DNA from: Nitrospinaceae bacterium | Lineage (GTDB): Bacteria > Nitrospinota > Nitrospinia > Nitrospinales > VA-1 | Length of the DNA stretch: 64,000 nt | Direction: 5' to 3' | Assembly (NCBI GenBank): GCA_046754465.1 | Contig: JBHHVU010000005.1 | Span: forward strand, 1-64,000 | In this document: positions 27,683-37,237 of the stretch, piece by piece | Position numbering within the stretch: the first letter of the stretch is position 1 | How the letters are laid out: every line of letters starts with the position of its first letter | Notes under the pieces: generated by a model | What the model saw: the letters and a program-made list of their open reading frames with translations, nothing else | What the model was told of the DNA's origin: nothing | Database searches by the model: none | Position numbers and translations under genes: made by a program

Positions 27683-30600
27683 TTATGGGGATGGAGCCCT
27701 GGAATCGTCCGGATAAAGGATCCGGTAAATCCCGTAATTCCTGAGGACCTTTTTGACGTAATTTCTGGTTTCGGGGTAGGGGATCGACTCGATGAACACG
27801 TCCGGGTCATCCACGTGCCGGAATCGTTTGAGCCATTTATTGAGGACACGCGGTCCCGCGTTGTAGGAGATCAGAACGTGGGCTCCATTGTCACCGTACC
27901 GCCGGTACAGCCCGCTGAGATATTTGACACCCAGTTCGATGTTCAGATGGGGATCATTGAGGGCATCGGTCTTAAAGGGCTTACCGTACTTGCCGGACGC
28001 GTACAGCCGTTTTCCGGTTTCGGGCATGATCTGCATCAAACCCCGTGCACCGGCTGATGACAGGGAATCGGTATCGAAAAGACTTTCCTGGTGAATGAGG
28101 CCCCGGACCAGAAAGGGGTCGATATGGTAGGCCCGGGAATTGGTCCGGATGAGGTCAGCGTAAGCGGGCGGGAAAAAATATTTCCAGAACTTTTTTGACA
28201 ATCCCTTTTCCTCCTTCCGGGTCAGGCCGGACTTGTATTGTATGAGCAGGCGAACCGATTCCGCGTACGAATTCGCCCGGTGGTATAACCCGGAAAGCCA
28301 GATCACTCCCGCCGGGGTGGTTCCCACCGTGGCTTCCAGAGATTGAATTTCCCGTTTGGCGTTTTCATACAATCCCATCCGCGTCATTTCCACGGCCCGG
28401 CCATAATGAAACTTTTCCCCGGGCGTCAGGACCCGGCCGGGACCGCGTATGGAATCCTCCTTTTTCTCCCATTCCGTTATGGTGCCGGGAGAGGAATTTG
28501 CCGGAGTTTCCGATACCCGGATACCGAGTGCTTCCAATTTTTCCCCAGCCCGGATTCCGTAGTAGGTATAGGGGTAATTTTCAATGATTTTCCGATAAAT
28601 TTCTCGTGATGCCGGTCCCTTGCGGAGTTTTTCCGCGGCCTTGGCCTGCCAGTACCAGTTCGATTCGATCAAAATTCCATCGGGATAAAGGTCCGTGTTC
28701 TCATGGAACCGTTGAAAGGCCCGTTCGTAATTTCCCGTCAGATAATGAATCCATCCCATGCGCCAGGCGGCCCTTTGGGCGGTTCTGGTATTCCGGTATT
28801 TTTCGATCAGGCCGCCAAAATAATCGAGAGCCCGCGTGTATTGCTTGTTTCCCTCATGGATCCTGCCGAGAATGTACCGGGCCCGGATTGTCCATTGCGG
28901 GGAATTTCCGTTTTTAAGAATTTTTTTCAGTTCCTGGACCGCGGCAGAGTCCCGGCCAAGGTTCCACAGGTTGCGCCCGATACGGAACCTGGCCTCGGCG
29001 GCGCGAGGATGAGCCGGAAACTGTTTGACAAACGATTCAAGGACTTGGTTGGCGTCCGCCCGTTGCCGGAGTCCACGATTGGCCCGGGCAAGATAAAAAT
29101 AGATCGGCTCGGGCAAATGGGACAGGTGAGGCTCCATTTCCCGGATTTCCTGGATCACCTGGCCGTAGCGCCGATCATGAAAAAGATTTCGGATGCGCAG
29201 GGACCGTTCCTCCAGGGTCAACGGCGCCGGGGGAACGTCCGGCAGGAATCGCAATTGCTGGATCTCGGGCAGCGCCTGTTTCGTCAGGGGATGCGACGGA
29301 TAGTGGATATAAAGTTTACGAAACAGGGTATAGGTCGCCCCGTTGAGGCCCAATTCCCGTTCCAACCGGGCCTGCTTGTAGATCAGTTCGGGAAGAAAGG
29401 AGTTGAATCCGGCCGCCGATTCTTCCCGGGAGATTCTATCCACCGTTTGCCGAAGAACCTCCACGGCCTTCCGGGTCTGGCCCACTTTGTGCAAAAGCCC
29501 GGCGCGAAGCAATTGCACCCGTGGGTAGGTCAGCGTCTGGGGGAATCGTTCTATCAGCCGGTCGAGTTGTTCCAGGGCGGGTTCTTCCCGATGGGAATCC
29601 GCCCAACCCTTGGCCAGGGAAAAGCGGATGTAGTCCTCGATTTCCGGATAGGCCTTGAGGGCTTTTTCGAAAAATTCAACGGCCAGACCGGGTTTGTTTT
29701 GCCTGGCATGAATTTGACCCATAAGGTAGAGCGCCCGTTTGCCTTGCGGCGTATTGAGGTGGGCATTCAGGATCGCGCGCAACCGGTTTTCCGCCTCGGC
29801 ATAGCGGGATTTGCTGAAAGCCGTGACGCCATCCTGGAAATATCTTGAATCCGCCGCCCCCCCAAAGGCTGGGTTTCCCAGGGAAAATAGCAGCAAAAAA
29901 AGCAACGCGGCGAATTTCGGCAGGAAACCCAGAATTTTATTCCGAAGCGTGGCGGCAGTGTCGCGGGGATGCGTATAAATGGGGATGGTGTTGGGAACCT
30001 TCTTGAACCACGTGATCTGACGTTTGGCGTAATGGCGGGTCTCGCGCTGGATTTCGTAAACCGCCCTCTCCAGGGAAAGTTTTCCTTCCAGGTAATCCAT
30101 AATCTGCGCGTAGCCGATGCTCTGAAATGGTTTTGCCGTTTTGGGCGTACCACGGTGGAGGAGGTTCCGAACCTCGTCCACCAGACCTTTTTCAATCATC
30201 GCGGTGACCCGACGGTCGATGTTTTCATACAGGTCCCGGCGGTTCCCCTGGAGCAAAAAGGTTTTGATGGGGAAGGAATGCCGGGGTTGCGATTCCTCGG
30301 CGTGATATTCCGAAAATCTTTTCCCGGTTTCCCGGTAAACGCCCAGCGCCCGTTCGATGCGGGTGCTGTCGGTGGGCATGATGTTCTCCGCCGCGGCCGG
30401 ATCGATCCGTTTCAGTTCTTCATGAAGGAAGGCGAGTCCGTTTTTCCGGATTTCCCCTTGCAGGGTCCGCCTGGTCTCCGGGGAGATCGGCGCGGCGCAA
30501 TCGTAATCCTCGGTGAGCACCTTGATATAGAGACCCGTGCCGCCAACCACCAGGGGAACCTTGCCGCGGCCGATCAGTTCCCGGATATGTTCCAGCGCCC

Positions 30601-30835
30601 GCACCTTGAAATCGAAGGCGTTGAATTCCTGGTCCGGTTCCAGGATGTCGATCAGGTGATGGGGGATGCGTTCCCGGATTTCCCGGGGCGGTTTGGCGGT
30701 TCCGATATCAAAATATTTGTAGACCTGCATCGAATCGGCATTGATGATTTCCGTACCGAGGCTTTCCGCGAGGGCCTGGGCCGTCTCACTTTTACCGGAG
30801 GTGGTCGGTCCGGTCAGTATAATTAAAGGAAGCAT
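27683..30835 (-). CDS. miaA: Fusion of tRNA dimethylallyltransferase MiaA, TM/signal segment, TPR repeats and Slt lytic transglycosylase
   Basis: N-terminal GPTTSGKS, DSMQVY, IGTAKP, VGGTGLY, YAKRQITW; hydrophobic FAALLFLLLFSL; C-terminal IHQES, GARGLMQIMP, SYNAG, ETRNYV. Confidence 0.88.
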   Translation of the reverse strand: MLPLIILTGPTTSGKSETAQALAESLGTEIINADSMQVYKYFDIGTAKPPREIRERIPHHLIDILEPDQEFNAFDFKVRALEHIRELIGRGKVPLVVGGTGLYIKVLTEDYDCAAPISPETRRTLQGEIRKNGLAFLHEELKRIDPAAAENIMPTDSTRIERALGVYRETGKRFSEYHAEESQPRHSFPIKTFLLQGNRRDLYENIDRRVTAMIEKGLVDEVRNLLHRGTPKTAKPFQSIGYAQIMDYLEGKLSLERAVYEIQRETRHYAKRQITWFKKVPNTIPIYTHPRDTAATLRNKILGFLPKFAALLFLLLFSLGNPAFGGAADSRYFQDGVTAFSKSRYAEAENRLRAILNAHLNTPQGKRALYLMGQIHARQNKPGLAVEFFEKALKAYPEIEDYIRFSLAKGWADSHREEPALEQLDRLIERFPQTLTYPRVQLLRAGLLHKVGQTRKAVEVLRQTVDRISREESAAGFNSFLPELIYKQARLERELGLNGATYTLFRKLYIHYPSHPLTKQALPEIQQLRFLPDVPPAPLTLEERSLRIRNLFHDRRYGQVIQEIREMEPHLSHLPEPIYFYLARANRGLRQRADANQVLESFVKQFPAHPRAAEARFRIGRNLWNLGRDSAAVQELKKILKNGNSPQWTIRARYILGRIHEGNKQYTRALDYFGGLIEKYRNTRTAQRAAWRMGWIHYLTGNYERAFQRFHENTDLYPDGILIESNWYWQAKAAEKLRKGPASREIYRKIIENYPYTYYGIRAGEKLEALGIRVSETPANSSPGTITEWEKKEDSIRGPGRVLTPGEKFHYGRAVEMTRMGLYENAKREIQSLEATVGTTPAGVIWLSGLYHRANSYAESVRLLIQYKSGLTRKEEKGLSKKFWKYFFPPAYADLIRTNSRAYHIDPFLVRGLIHQESLFDTDSLSSAGARGLMQIMPETGKRLYASGKYGKPFKTDALNDPHLNIELGVKYLSGLYRRYGDNGAHVLISYNAGPRVLNKWLKRFRHVDDPDVFIESIPYPETRNYVKKVLRNYGIYRILYPDDSRAPSP

Positions 30836-31529
30836 AGATGTTTTCCATTTCCTCGGTGTAGCTGTTGTCGCTTTTATAGACGAAAAGGGGGGATTCCACC
30901 ACGCAATCCACGCGCCGTTCCCGGACCGCTTCGATGAGAAAGATTTTCGCTTCGGCTCCCCGGTTCCCGTGAACGAATCGCAGACGGGAAGGGTGAAGGT
31001 CCCGGGATCGCAATTCCAGGAGCACTTCGTTGAGGCGGTTCGGAGGATAAGTGAGAGCGATTCTGCCGGCGGTTTTCAATAACGGAACGCTGTGCTTCAC
31101 GATGGATTCGAGACTCAATGCGATTTCATGCCGGGCAATGGCCTTTTCTCGGTTGGGGTTGATGCGGCCGGTCTTGATTTTCCGGTACGGGGGATTGGAA
31201 AGAATCAAGTCGAACCCCTCCGGGTCCAGCTCCGGGGCGAGGGCCACGAAATTTCCGTGGATCACCCTCGCACTCCCGGAAAGATTGTTTTTGGAAATGT
31301 TTTCGGCCGCCGCCCGGTAAAGGGATTCCTGAATTTCCACGGCGGTGATTCTGATCTGGCGCTCCCTCGTGGCTAACAGGAGGGGAATGATGCCGCATCC
31401 CGTTCCGATATCCAGGACCCGAAGGTCCGGCGCGAGCTGAATGAAATCCGCCAGCAGAAAGGGTTCGATCGAATAACGATACCCGTGGATATCCTGTTTG
31501 ATGATCAATGGAGAAGGGTGGGTCCGCAT
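30792..31529 (-). CDS. tRNA1(Val) A37 N6-methyltransferase-like (TrmN6/YfiC family)
   Basis: GYRYSIE..LLADF, VLDIGTGCG, SNPPY, ARHE. Confidence 0.8.
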   Translation of the reverse strand: MRTHPSPLIIKQDIHGYRYSIEPFLLADFIQLAPDLRVLDIGTGCGIIPLLLATRERQIRITAVEIQESLYRAAAENISKNNLSGSARVIHGNFVALAPELDPEGFDLILSNPPYRKIKTGRINPNREKAIARHEIALSLESIVKHSVPLLKTAGRIALTYPPNRLNEVLLELRSRDLHPSRLRFVHGNRGAEAKIFLIEAVRERRVDCVVESPLFVYKSDNSYTEEMENIYASFNYTDRTDHLR

Positions 31530-31867
31530 ACCCTGGAAATCGTGAAACAAAGTGATTATTAGTCGCCGGGAAAAACTCCCCACAACGGTGCGCCCATGGG
31601 ATTGGGATGGGCTAGACTCTTATATATTAATATATTAAGGGATTTGAAGGTTATTGGCAATGGATTCGCCCCGCCTTTCCCCAAGTTCCAGGGAAGTGGG
31701 CCTGGAAAAATCCTGCTTCAACCTCCATTCGGGCTCGGCGGCAGTTTTTTCAAGGGGATATTTTATATAACTAATTGAAACTTTATGTTTTATTGCCAGG
31801 GCGCTATAATAGGGGGAAGGATTCCAAGCGATCCGGGTTCCAAAAATAAAAATTATTTTGGAGGAAT

Positions 31868-32119
31868 ATGGATTTCTTGACAACTGAGCAAATTGGGGGC
31901 CTAGTTCTGTTCTTTCTGGGTACATGGATATTGAGCTTGTGCGCCAAGTGGGAACGTAGGGATGAGGATTGGATCAAAGATCCCAAAAACCGTTACAAAA
32001 GCGTGAAGGAATCCATCACGTTTCCCAATCTTATCCGCGGAAGGATCATGACCTATTCGGGAGGCCTTTTGGCGCTGATCGGTTTCGTTATGTTTTTCAC
32101 GCATCTCAAGGTAAATTGA
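31868..32119 (+). CDS. Small two-TM hypothetical protein
   Basis: GGAGG RBS, 83 aa, two hydrophobic segments, AT-richer than neighbours. Confidence 0.6.
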   Translation: MDFLTTEQIGGLVLFFLGTWILSLCAKWERRDEDWIKDPKNRYKSVKESITFPNLIRGRIMTYSGGLLALIGFVMFFTHLKVN

Positions 32120-32157
32120 TCGCCTTTCCCCGCCCTGGGGCCTGGCAATTATTCCGA

Positions 32158-33126
32158 TCAGAACGGCCAGAACCCGCGCTTTTTTTCCCGGAGCATCAGC
32201 GCGGCCGATTCTTTTTCGTAGATTACCGGATGGGAGCGGAGGGTCAGGAGGAATCCGTCCTCGGGGACGAGGAGCGTCTCCAGGGTTTGGCCGCTGAAAA
32301 CATCCCGTACCTCACCAAGCGTGTCCCCTTGATTTAAAAACGTCCCCACCCGCACGCGCGGGAAAAACAGCCCGGCGCAATTGACCGCGAAATTGTATTG
32401 GTCCCGGACGCCGTGAATGCGTATCCGGGATTTTTCGTTATTTGGGCCGGGACCAGATATCAACCCGGCACTCACCATCAGGTTGACGATGGAGTCGAAC
32501 AGGGAATCGCAGAGCGCGGGGTCCATCCTGCCGGGCGACCCGGCGGAAAGGATGAGGGCCGCCATGTCCGACTCGGCCCAATGGTACAAAAGATTCAGTT
32601 TGATGGCGGGAGATTCGGGAAGTTCGCGGACTCTTTCCAGTCCCAGGCCCAGGGCCATTTTCCGGGTGGACCGTTTGGGTTGCAAGCATTGCAGGTGGGG
32701 CGCGTCCTCATAAAAGTTCCGGGCGGTGCACAGGATCAACCCATGGGTGGAATCGGCGGTGTGATTCACCAGCGCGCGCGCCAATTGTTCGGAAACCTCG
32801 CCGACCTCGTTTCCCGGAAAGGAGAGGTCCATGTCCATGTCGTCGAGGGACCAAAGCCGGGCGCCGGTTTGCACGGCATTGACATTGACCACGGGAAAAA
32901 TCCGGACCCACCCCCGCAACCGGTAACGGGTTTCCCGGCCCTCCACGATGTCATCCAGAAACCGCGCCAACCGCGAACAGAGGATCAGGCCGTTGACCTG
33001 GTCCCCGTGCAATCCTGCCACGATGGAAAGCACCTCATCCGGCGCACGCGTAGCCTGCCAGGAATTCTTGTACAGGTCGATCGGTCCGCCGAGAGGGGAT
33101 GGAATGGATAAAATTTTTTCTTTCAC
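32158..33126 (-). CDS. M14 succinylglutamate desuccinylase/aspartoacylase-like protein, probably catalytically degenerate
   Basis: Paralog of the upstream gene with HGDQ, DMDLSF, LCTA, ILSAG in place of HGDE, DxNR, DxH, xExG. Confidence 0.75.
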   Translation of the reverse strand: MKEKILSIPSPLGGPIDLYKNSWQATRAPDEVLSIVAGLHGDQVNGLILCSRLARFLDDIVEGRETRYRLRGWVRIFPVVNVNAVQTGARLWSLDDMDMDLSFPGNEVGEVSEQLARALVNHTADSTHGLILCTARNFYEDAPHLQCLQPKRSTRKMALGLGLERVRELPESPAIKLNLLYHWAESDMAALILSAGSPGRMDPALCDSLFDSIVNLMVSAGLISGPGPNNEKSRIRIHGVRDQYNFAVNCAGLFFPRVRVGTFLNQGDTLGEVRDVFSGQTLETLLVPEDGFLLTLRSHPVIYEKESAALMLREKKRGFWPF

Positions 33127-34088
33127 GGCAGGTGTGTGTTTCCCCGCGCGATCCTGGCAAGCGGGGCTCCCTGGTAGGTGACTGGATGTTCCCGGAGAGT
33201 GAACAGGAGTCCGTCGGCGGGGATGCCTATCTCCTCGAGGGTCGCTCCCCGGACCGGGTCGATCACCCTGCCGAGGTCTTCGCCCTTCCGGACGGTTTCC
33301 CCCAGGTTTCGGCGGCTGATGAACAATCCGGAATGGCTGGCCCGGATCAGTGTGACTTGATCGGGATTGACTATGAGCGGCTGTTTCCCCCCGGGGGAGG
33401 ATTCCGGGGGGCCAAGAATTCCTGTGTGGGAGAGCAGGTGAAGCATCCCCTGGAAAACCTGGTCGCTGAATTGCTGCTGGATGCGGAGGCTCGTTCCCGT
33501 TTCCACGACGAGGGTGGGAATCTTGGCCCGGTTGAGGTTGTAGCCCAGGGTGGTTTCAAAAACCGGGGCGGTGGGGTGCACCCAGATGAGATCCACGTTG
33601 CACCGGGCCGCCAGCGGAATGAGTTTTCTGTCGAATTCCTCGATGATGCGAATCTGCGGCAGTTCCATCAAATGCAGATTGCTGGCGTGCACGTCCACCA
33701 CCAGATCAGAGGACGCCTGCAAATCCCGCAAAAGCGCCCGCGACGATTCGGCGGGAAGGGAGTCCCCGGCGGCCTGGCCCATTTGACGGTTCATGTCAAT
33801 TTGGTCAAAAGGCCAAAGACGCGAGGCCGTATTGACGGCCTGGGGATTCACGGCGGGATAAATGTGGATTTCCCCCGTAAAGGATCGCGGTTCGGTCTCC
33901 TGCAAATGACGCAGATGCTCGATCAGCCGGTGACAAAGATACACCCCTTCCAATTCGTCCCCGTGCAAACCCGCCACGAAAGAGATCCGTTTGACGGGTG
34001 GATCCAGGAAGGCCGGAAAGGTTTGCTTGATGATTTCCAGGGTGGATCCAAGCGGGCTCTTGATGGTGACGACGGTATGGGTTTCCAA
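33123..34088 (-). CDS. M14 succinylglutamate desuccinylase/aspartoacylase family metallohydrolase
   Basis: AGLHGDELEG, DMNR, VDVHAS, VVETG; C-terminal biotinyl-like barrel. Confidence 0.85.
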   Translation of the reverse strand: METHTVVTIKSPLGSTLEIIKQTFPAFLDPPVKRISFVAGLHGDELEGVYLCHRLIEHLRHLQETEPRSFTGEIHIYPAVNPQAVNTASRLWPFDQIDMNRQMGQAAGDSLPAESSRALLRDLQASSDLVVDVHASNLHLMELPQIRIIEEFDRKLIPLAARCNVDLIWVHPTAPVFETTLGYNLNRAKIPTLVVETGTSLRIQQQFSDQVFQGMLHLLSHTGILGPPESSPGGKQPLIVNPDQVTLIRASHSGLFISRRNLGETVRKGEDLGRVIDPVRGATLEEIGIPADGLLFTLREHPVTYQGAPLARIARGNTHLP

Positions 34089-34146
34089 ATAGGTTCTCCC
34101 CCTGGTCCGGGAGGGAAGAGTCCGATGCCCTCCCGTTCCCCGGGTG

Positions 34147-35607
34147 TCAGTCGGCTTGCTGGTTTTTTATTTTTTTGACCTGGATATTCAGCGCGTCGAT
34201 TTTGCGCTTCAAGGTATTCCGGTTGATCCCCAAGGCCTTGGCGGTGGGCACCTGTTTACCGGAGTATTTGTCCAGGAGCAGTTCAAAGAGATGTTTTTCC
34301 ATGAACTGGATCAGGCGGTCGTAGAGTTGGTCTTCCTCGCCCCACCGGTTTTCGTTGAGGTAGTCGCGAATGAGCTGGTTGAGCTTTTTTTCCCATTCTA
34401 ACGACGACGGTTCGGCGGGGCTCCGGCCCGCCTGCTGAAGTTGAACAGGCAGATGTTCCGGCAAAATGGGACCCTGCGAGGCGAGGACCACCGCCCGTTT
34501 GATGACGTTTTCCAATTCGCGGATATTGCCTCCCCAGGAATGGCGTTGAAACATCTTTTCCACATCGGGAGAAAGATAGACGGCCCCCCGGCCCAGGCCA
34601 TCGGCAAATTTCTTTAAAAAATGATGCGCCAATAACGGAATGTCCTCCATCCGTTCACGCAACGGGGGCATGTGGATGTGGATGACGTTGAGACGGTGAA
34701 AGAGGTCTTCGCGGAACTGTTTCCAGACCATGTGTTCCTGGAGATCCTGGTTGGTGGCGGCGATGATCCGGACATCCACCCGGATGGGTTCCTTGCCGCC
34801 GACCCGGTAAAACTCATGGTCCTGCAATACCCGCAGGATCTTGGCCTGCAGGGGGGCTTCCATGTCGCCGATCTCATCTAGGAAGAGGGTTCCGCCGTCG
34901 GCCAGTTCGAACTTGCCTTTTTTCAGGTCCACCGCCCCGGTGAAAGAACCTTTTTCGTGGCCGAACAGTTCCGATTCCAGCAGTTCGCGGGAGATGGCGG
35001 CGCAATTGATGCAGATGAACGGCCGGTCGCCCCGCTGGGAATAATAATGCAGCGCCCGGGCGACCATCTCCTTTCCCGTTCCGCTTTCTCCCGTGATCAG
35101 GACCGACAGGCCGGACCCGGCGGACTTGCCGATGGTTTTGAATATCTCCTGCATTTTTTTGCTTTTGCCGATGATCGCCTGAACGCTGAAATCCGAGGGT
35201 TCCTCCCGGTCCGGTTCCAACGGCGGCGGGGAAATTTCGCGGGCGGCCAGAGCCTTGTCCACGAGGGCGTAGATCTGTTCAAAATCGAAGGGTTTGCTGA
35301 TGTAGTCGTAAGCGCCCATCCGCATAGCCTCGATGGTGTTATTCATCGTGTCCTGCGCCGTCATGACCACCACCTTGACATCGGGGGCCGATTCCCGGAC
35401 CCGCTCCAACAATTCCAGTCCGCTCATACCCTCGAGAAAAATGTCCGAAAACACCATCATGTACCCATGATGGCGGAGTTTGTCCAGGGCGCCTTCCACG
35501 CTGGCGACGGTATGCACCTCGAAATCCCTTTTCTCCAGCGCCTTCTTGAATACCCAGCGGATGTTTTCTTCGTCGTCGACGATCAGAATTTTGTTTTCTC
35601 TATTCAT
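34147..35607 (-). CDS. ntrC: Sigma-54-dependent response regulator (NtrC-like)
   Basis: REC domain, GESGTGKE, ELFGHEKGSFTGA, C-terminal HTH LGINRNTL. Confidence 0.8.
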   Translation of the reverse strand: MNRENKILIVDDEENIRWVFKKALEKRDFEVHTVASVEGALDKLRHHGYMMVFSDIFLEGMSGLELLERVRESAPDVKVVVMTAQDTMNNTIEAMRMGAYDYISKPFDFEQIYALVDKALAAREISPPPLEPDREEPSDFSVQAIIGKSKKMQEIFKTIGKSAGSGLSVLITGESGTGKEMVARALHYYSQRGDRPFICINCAAISRELLESELFGHEKGSFTGAVDLKKGKFELADGGTLFLDEIGDMEAPLQAKILRVLQDHEFYRVGGKEPIRVDVRIIAATNQDLQEHMVWKQFREDLFHRLNVIHIHMPPLRERMEDIPLLAHHFLKKFADGLGRGAVYLSPDVEKMFQRHSWGGNIRELENVIKRAVVLASQGPILPEHLPVQLQQAGRSPAEPSSLEWEKKLNQLIRDYLNENRWGEEDQLYDRLIQFMEKHLFELLLDKYSGKQVPTAKALGINRNTLKRKIDALNIQVKKIKNQQAD

Positions 35608-35621
35608 ACGATTCTATCTTA

Positions 35622-36692
35622 TCACCTATGCCGGACAGGAAGAAACACCTGGACGGTGGTGCCAAGACCTTTTTCGGAGGTGACTTTGATCTTTCCCCCA
35701 TGATTTTCCACGAGTTTGAGGGAAATGGACATGCCCAGTCCGCTCCCCCTTTTTTTGGTGGTGAAAAACGGTGTGAATATGTTTTTCAAAATCGCTTCTT
35801 CCATGCCGCTTCCCGAATCGATGACCTCGACGACAATACTCTTTTTCGGATTCGGGTCCCGGGAGGTTTTGATGGAATACCCCGTGCCAACCCGCGTGAT
35901 CAATTGGATTTTTCCCCGCTCCCGCGAAGCCTCCCGGGCGTTCTTGATCAGGTTGAGGAAGACTTGTTTCAACTGGTCCTTGTCGGCCTCGATCAGGGGC
36001 AGGCTGGGATCGTAAACCTGCTCCACTCGGCACCGTTTTCTGCTTAAGGATTCCTTTTCCAGCAGAATGATTTCTCCCAAAATCTCATGAATGTTGATTT
36101 CCTTGATTTCCAGGGTTTTGGGGCGGGTGAAGTCCATGATCCGCTCCACCATGCGGTTGATGCGGTCCACTTCCGAAATGACGACATCGAGATATTCCTG
36201 ATGCTGGGGGTTTCCCAGCTCCTGCCGCAGCAGTTGCGCGGACCCCCGGATCCCTCCCAGCGGATTGCGGATTTCATGGGCCATGCCCAGGGCCAGGGTC
36301 CCGATGGCGGACAGGTGGTCCATGGGACGCGAAATTTCCTCCAGTTCCTTTAACAGGCTGAGGTCCTTCACCAGGATCACGGCGCCGTCAATATTGCCTT
36401 CCGGGTCCCGGAAGGGTGAAAGGGTCAGATTGGCGGGAAAGGGGGTGGGGTTGTTCTTGCGCCATCCCAGGCATTCGATATCGTGGAAGGAGAATCCCAA
36501 GGTAAGGGTCTGCCCGACCTTGCCCAGAACTTCGGGCTGGTTGGGAAAAAAATCGGCCAGGGGCTGGTCCTCGAAAGAATCCCGCGACCGGTGAAACATT
36601 TCTTCCACCGCCGGGTTGCCTTTAAGGATCTTGAGATCCTTGGAGATCAGGAGAACTCCATCAATGAGAGACGAGAAAATATTTTGAAACAA
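35622..36692 (-). CDS. ntrB: PAS sensor histidine kinase (NtrB-like)
   Basis: AHEIRNPLGGIRGSAQLL, YDPSLP, GSGLG; immediately upstream of the ntrC-like gene. Confidence 0.8.
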   Translation of the reverse strand: MFQNIFSSLIDGVLLISKDLKILKGNPAVEEMFHRSRDSFEDQPLADFFPNQPEVLGKVGQTLTLGFSFHDIECLGWRKNNPTPFPANLTLSPFRDPEGNIDGAVILVKDLSLLKELEEISRPMDHLSAIGTLALGMAHEIRNPLGGIRGSAQLLRQELGNPQHQEYLDVVISEVDRINRMVERIMDFTRPKTLEIKEINIHEILGEIILLEKESLSRKRCRVEQVYDPSLPLIEADKDQLKQVFLNLIKNAREASRERGKIQLITRVGTGYSIKTSRDPNPKKSIVVEVIDSGSGMEEAILKNIFTPFFTTKKRGSGLGMSISLKLVENHGGKIKVTSEKGLGTTVQVFLPVRHR

Positions 36693-36725
36693 AATCCGAA
36701 TTCTCCCTGGTCAGGCGGGGAGGCA

Positions 36726-37109
36726 TCATGGGGAGGCCTGGATCTTTTTCCGGCTTCCCCCCGAGTACGGGTTTTTGGCGGACGGTTTTTTCGCGGCGGG
36801 TTTGGGTGGGGCGGGCGCGGTGTCCGCCGGTGAGCTGGCCGGACCGGAATCGCCCTTGGCCGGAGCCGCCGAAGAGCCGGTATTGGCTTGTTTCTGTTCT
36901 TTTTTCCAACCCTGCTTTCTGGATTCCGAGGGATAGTCGGTGGCGTACCAGCCGGAACCTTTCAGGATAAATCCCGACGCCGAAACCAGCCGGCGCACCC
37001 TGCCCTTGCAACCGTTTTCCCCATGAAATTTCAACGGTTCGGCCGAAATAGGCTGTATCATTTCAAACGTGTTGCGGCATTTTTCACATTCGTATTCGTA
37101 AATAGGCAT
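36726..37109 (-). CDS. FmdB family zinc-ribbon protein
   Basis: MPIYEYECEKC...KGSGWYATDY followed by a low-complexity tail. Confidence 0.88.
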   Translation of the reverse strand: MPIYEYECEKCRNTFEMIQPISAEPLKFHGENGCKGRVRRLVSASGFILKGSGWYATDYPSESRKQGWKKEQKQANTGSSAAPAKGDSGPASSPADTAPAPPKPAAKKPSAKNPYSGGSRKKIQASP

Positions 37110-37237
37110 ATAACAGAAACTCCATATGGGTGAAACAATTCAATCCTCTTGAATTGAATAAAATCCAGATTCCTGGATGGCAAGCCCGGGGAAGGATTAT
37201 TCCGGAAATTTCCAGGGGATGGGAAGTTTTACCGGTC

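Noticed and set aside
31656..31705. GGCAATGGATTCGCC resembling a fluoride riboswitch start
   Set aside because: It lacks the downstream AAAC and GCTGATGAC elements, and no fluoride-related gene follows.
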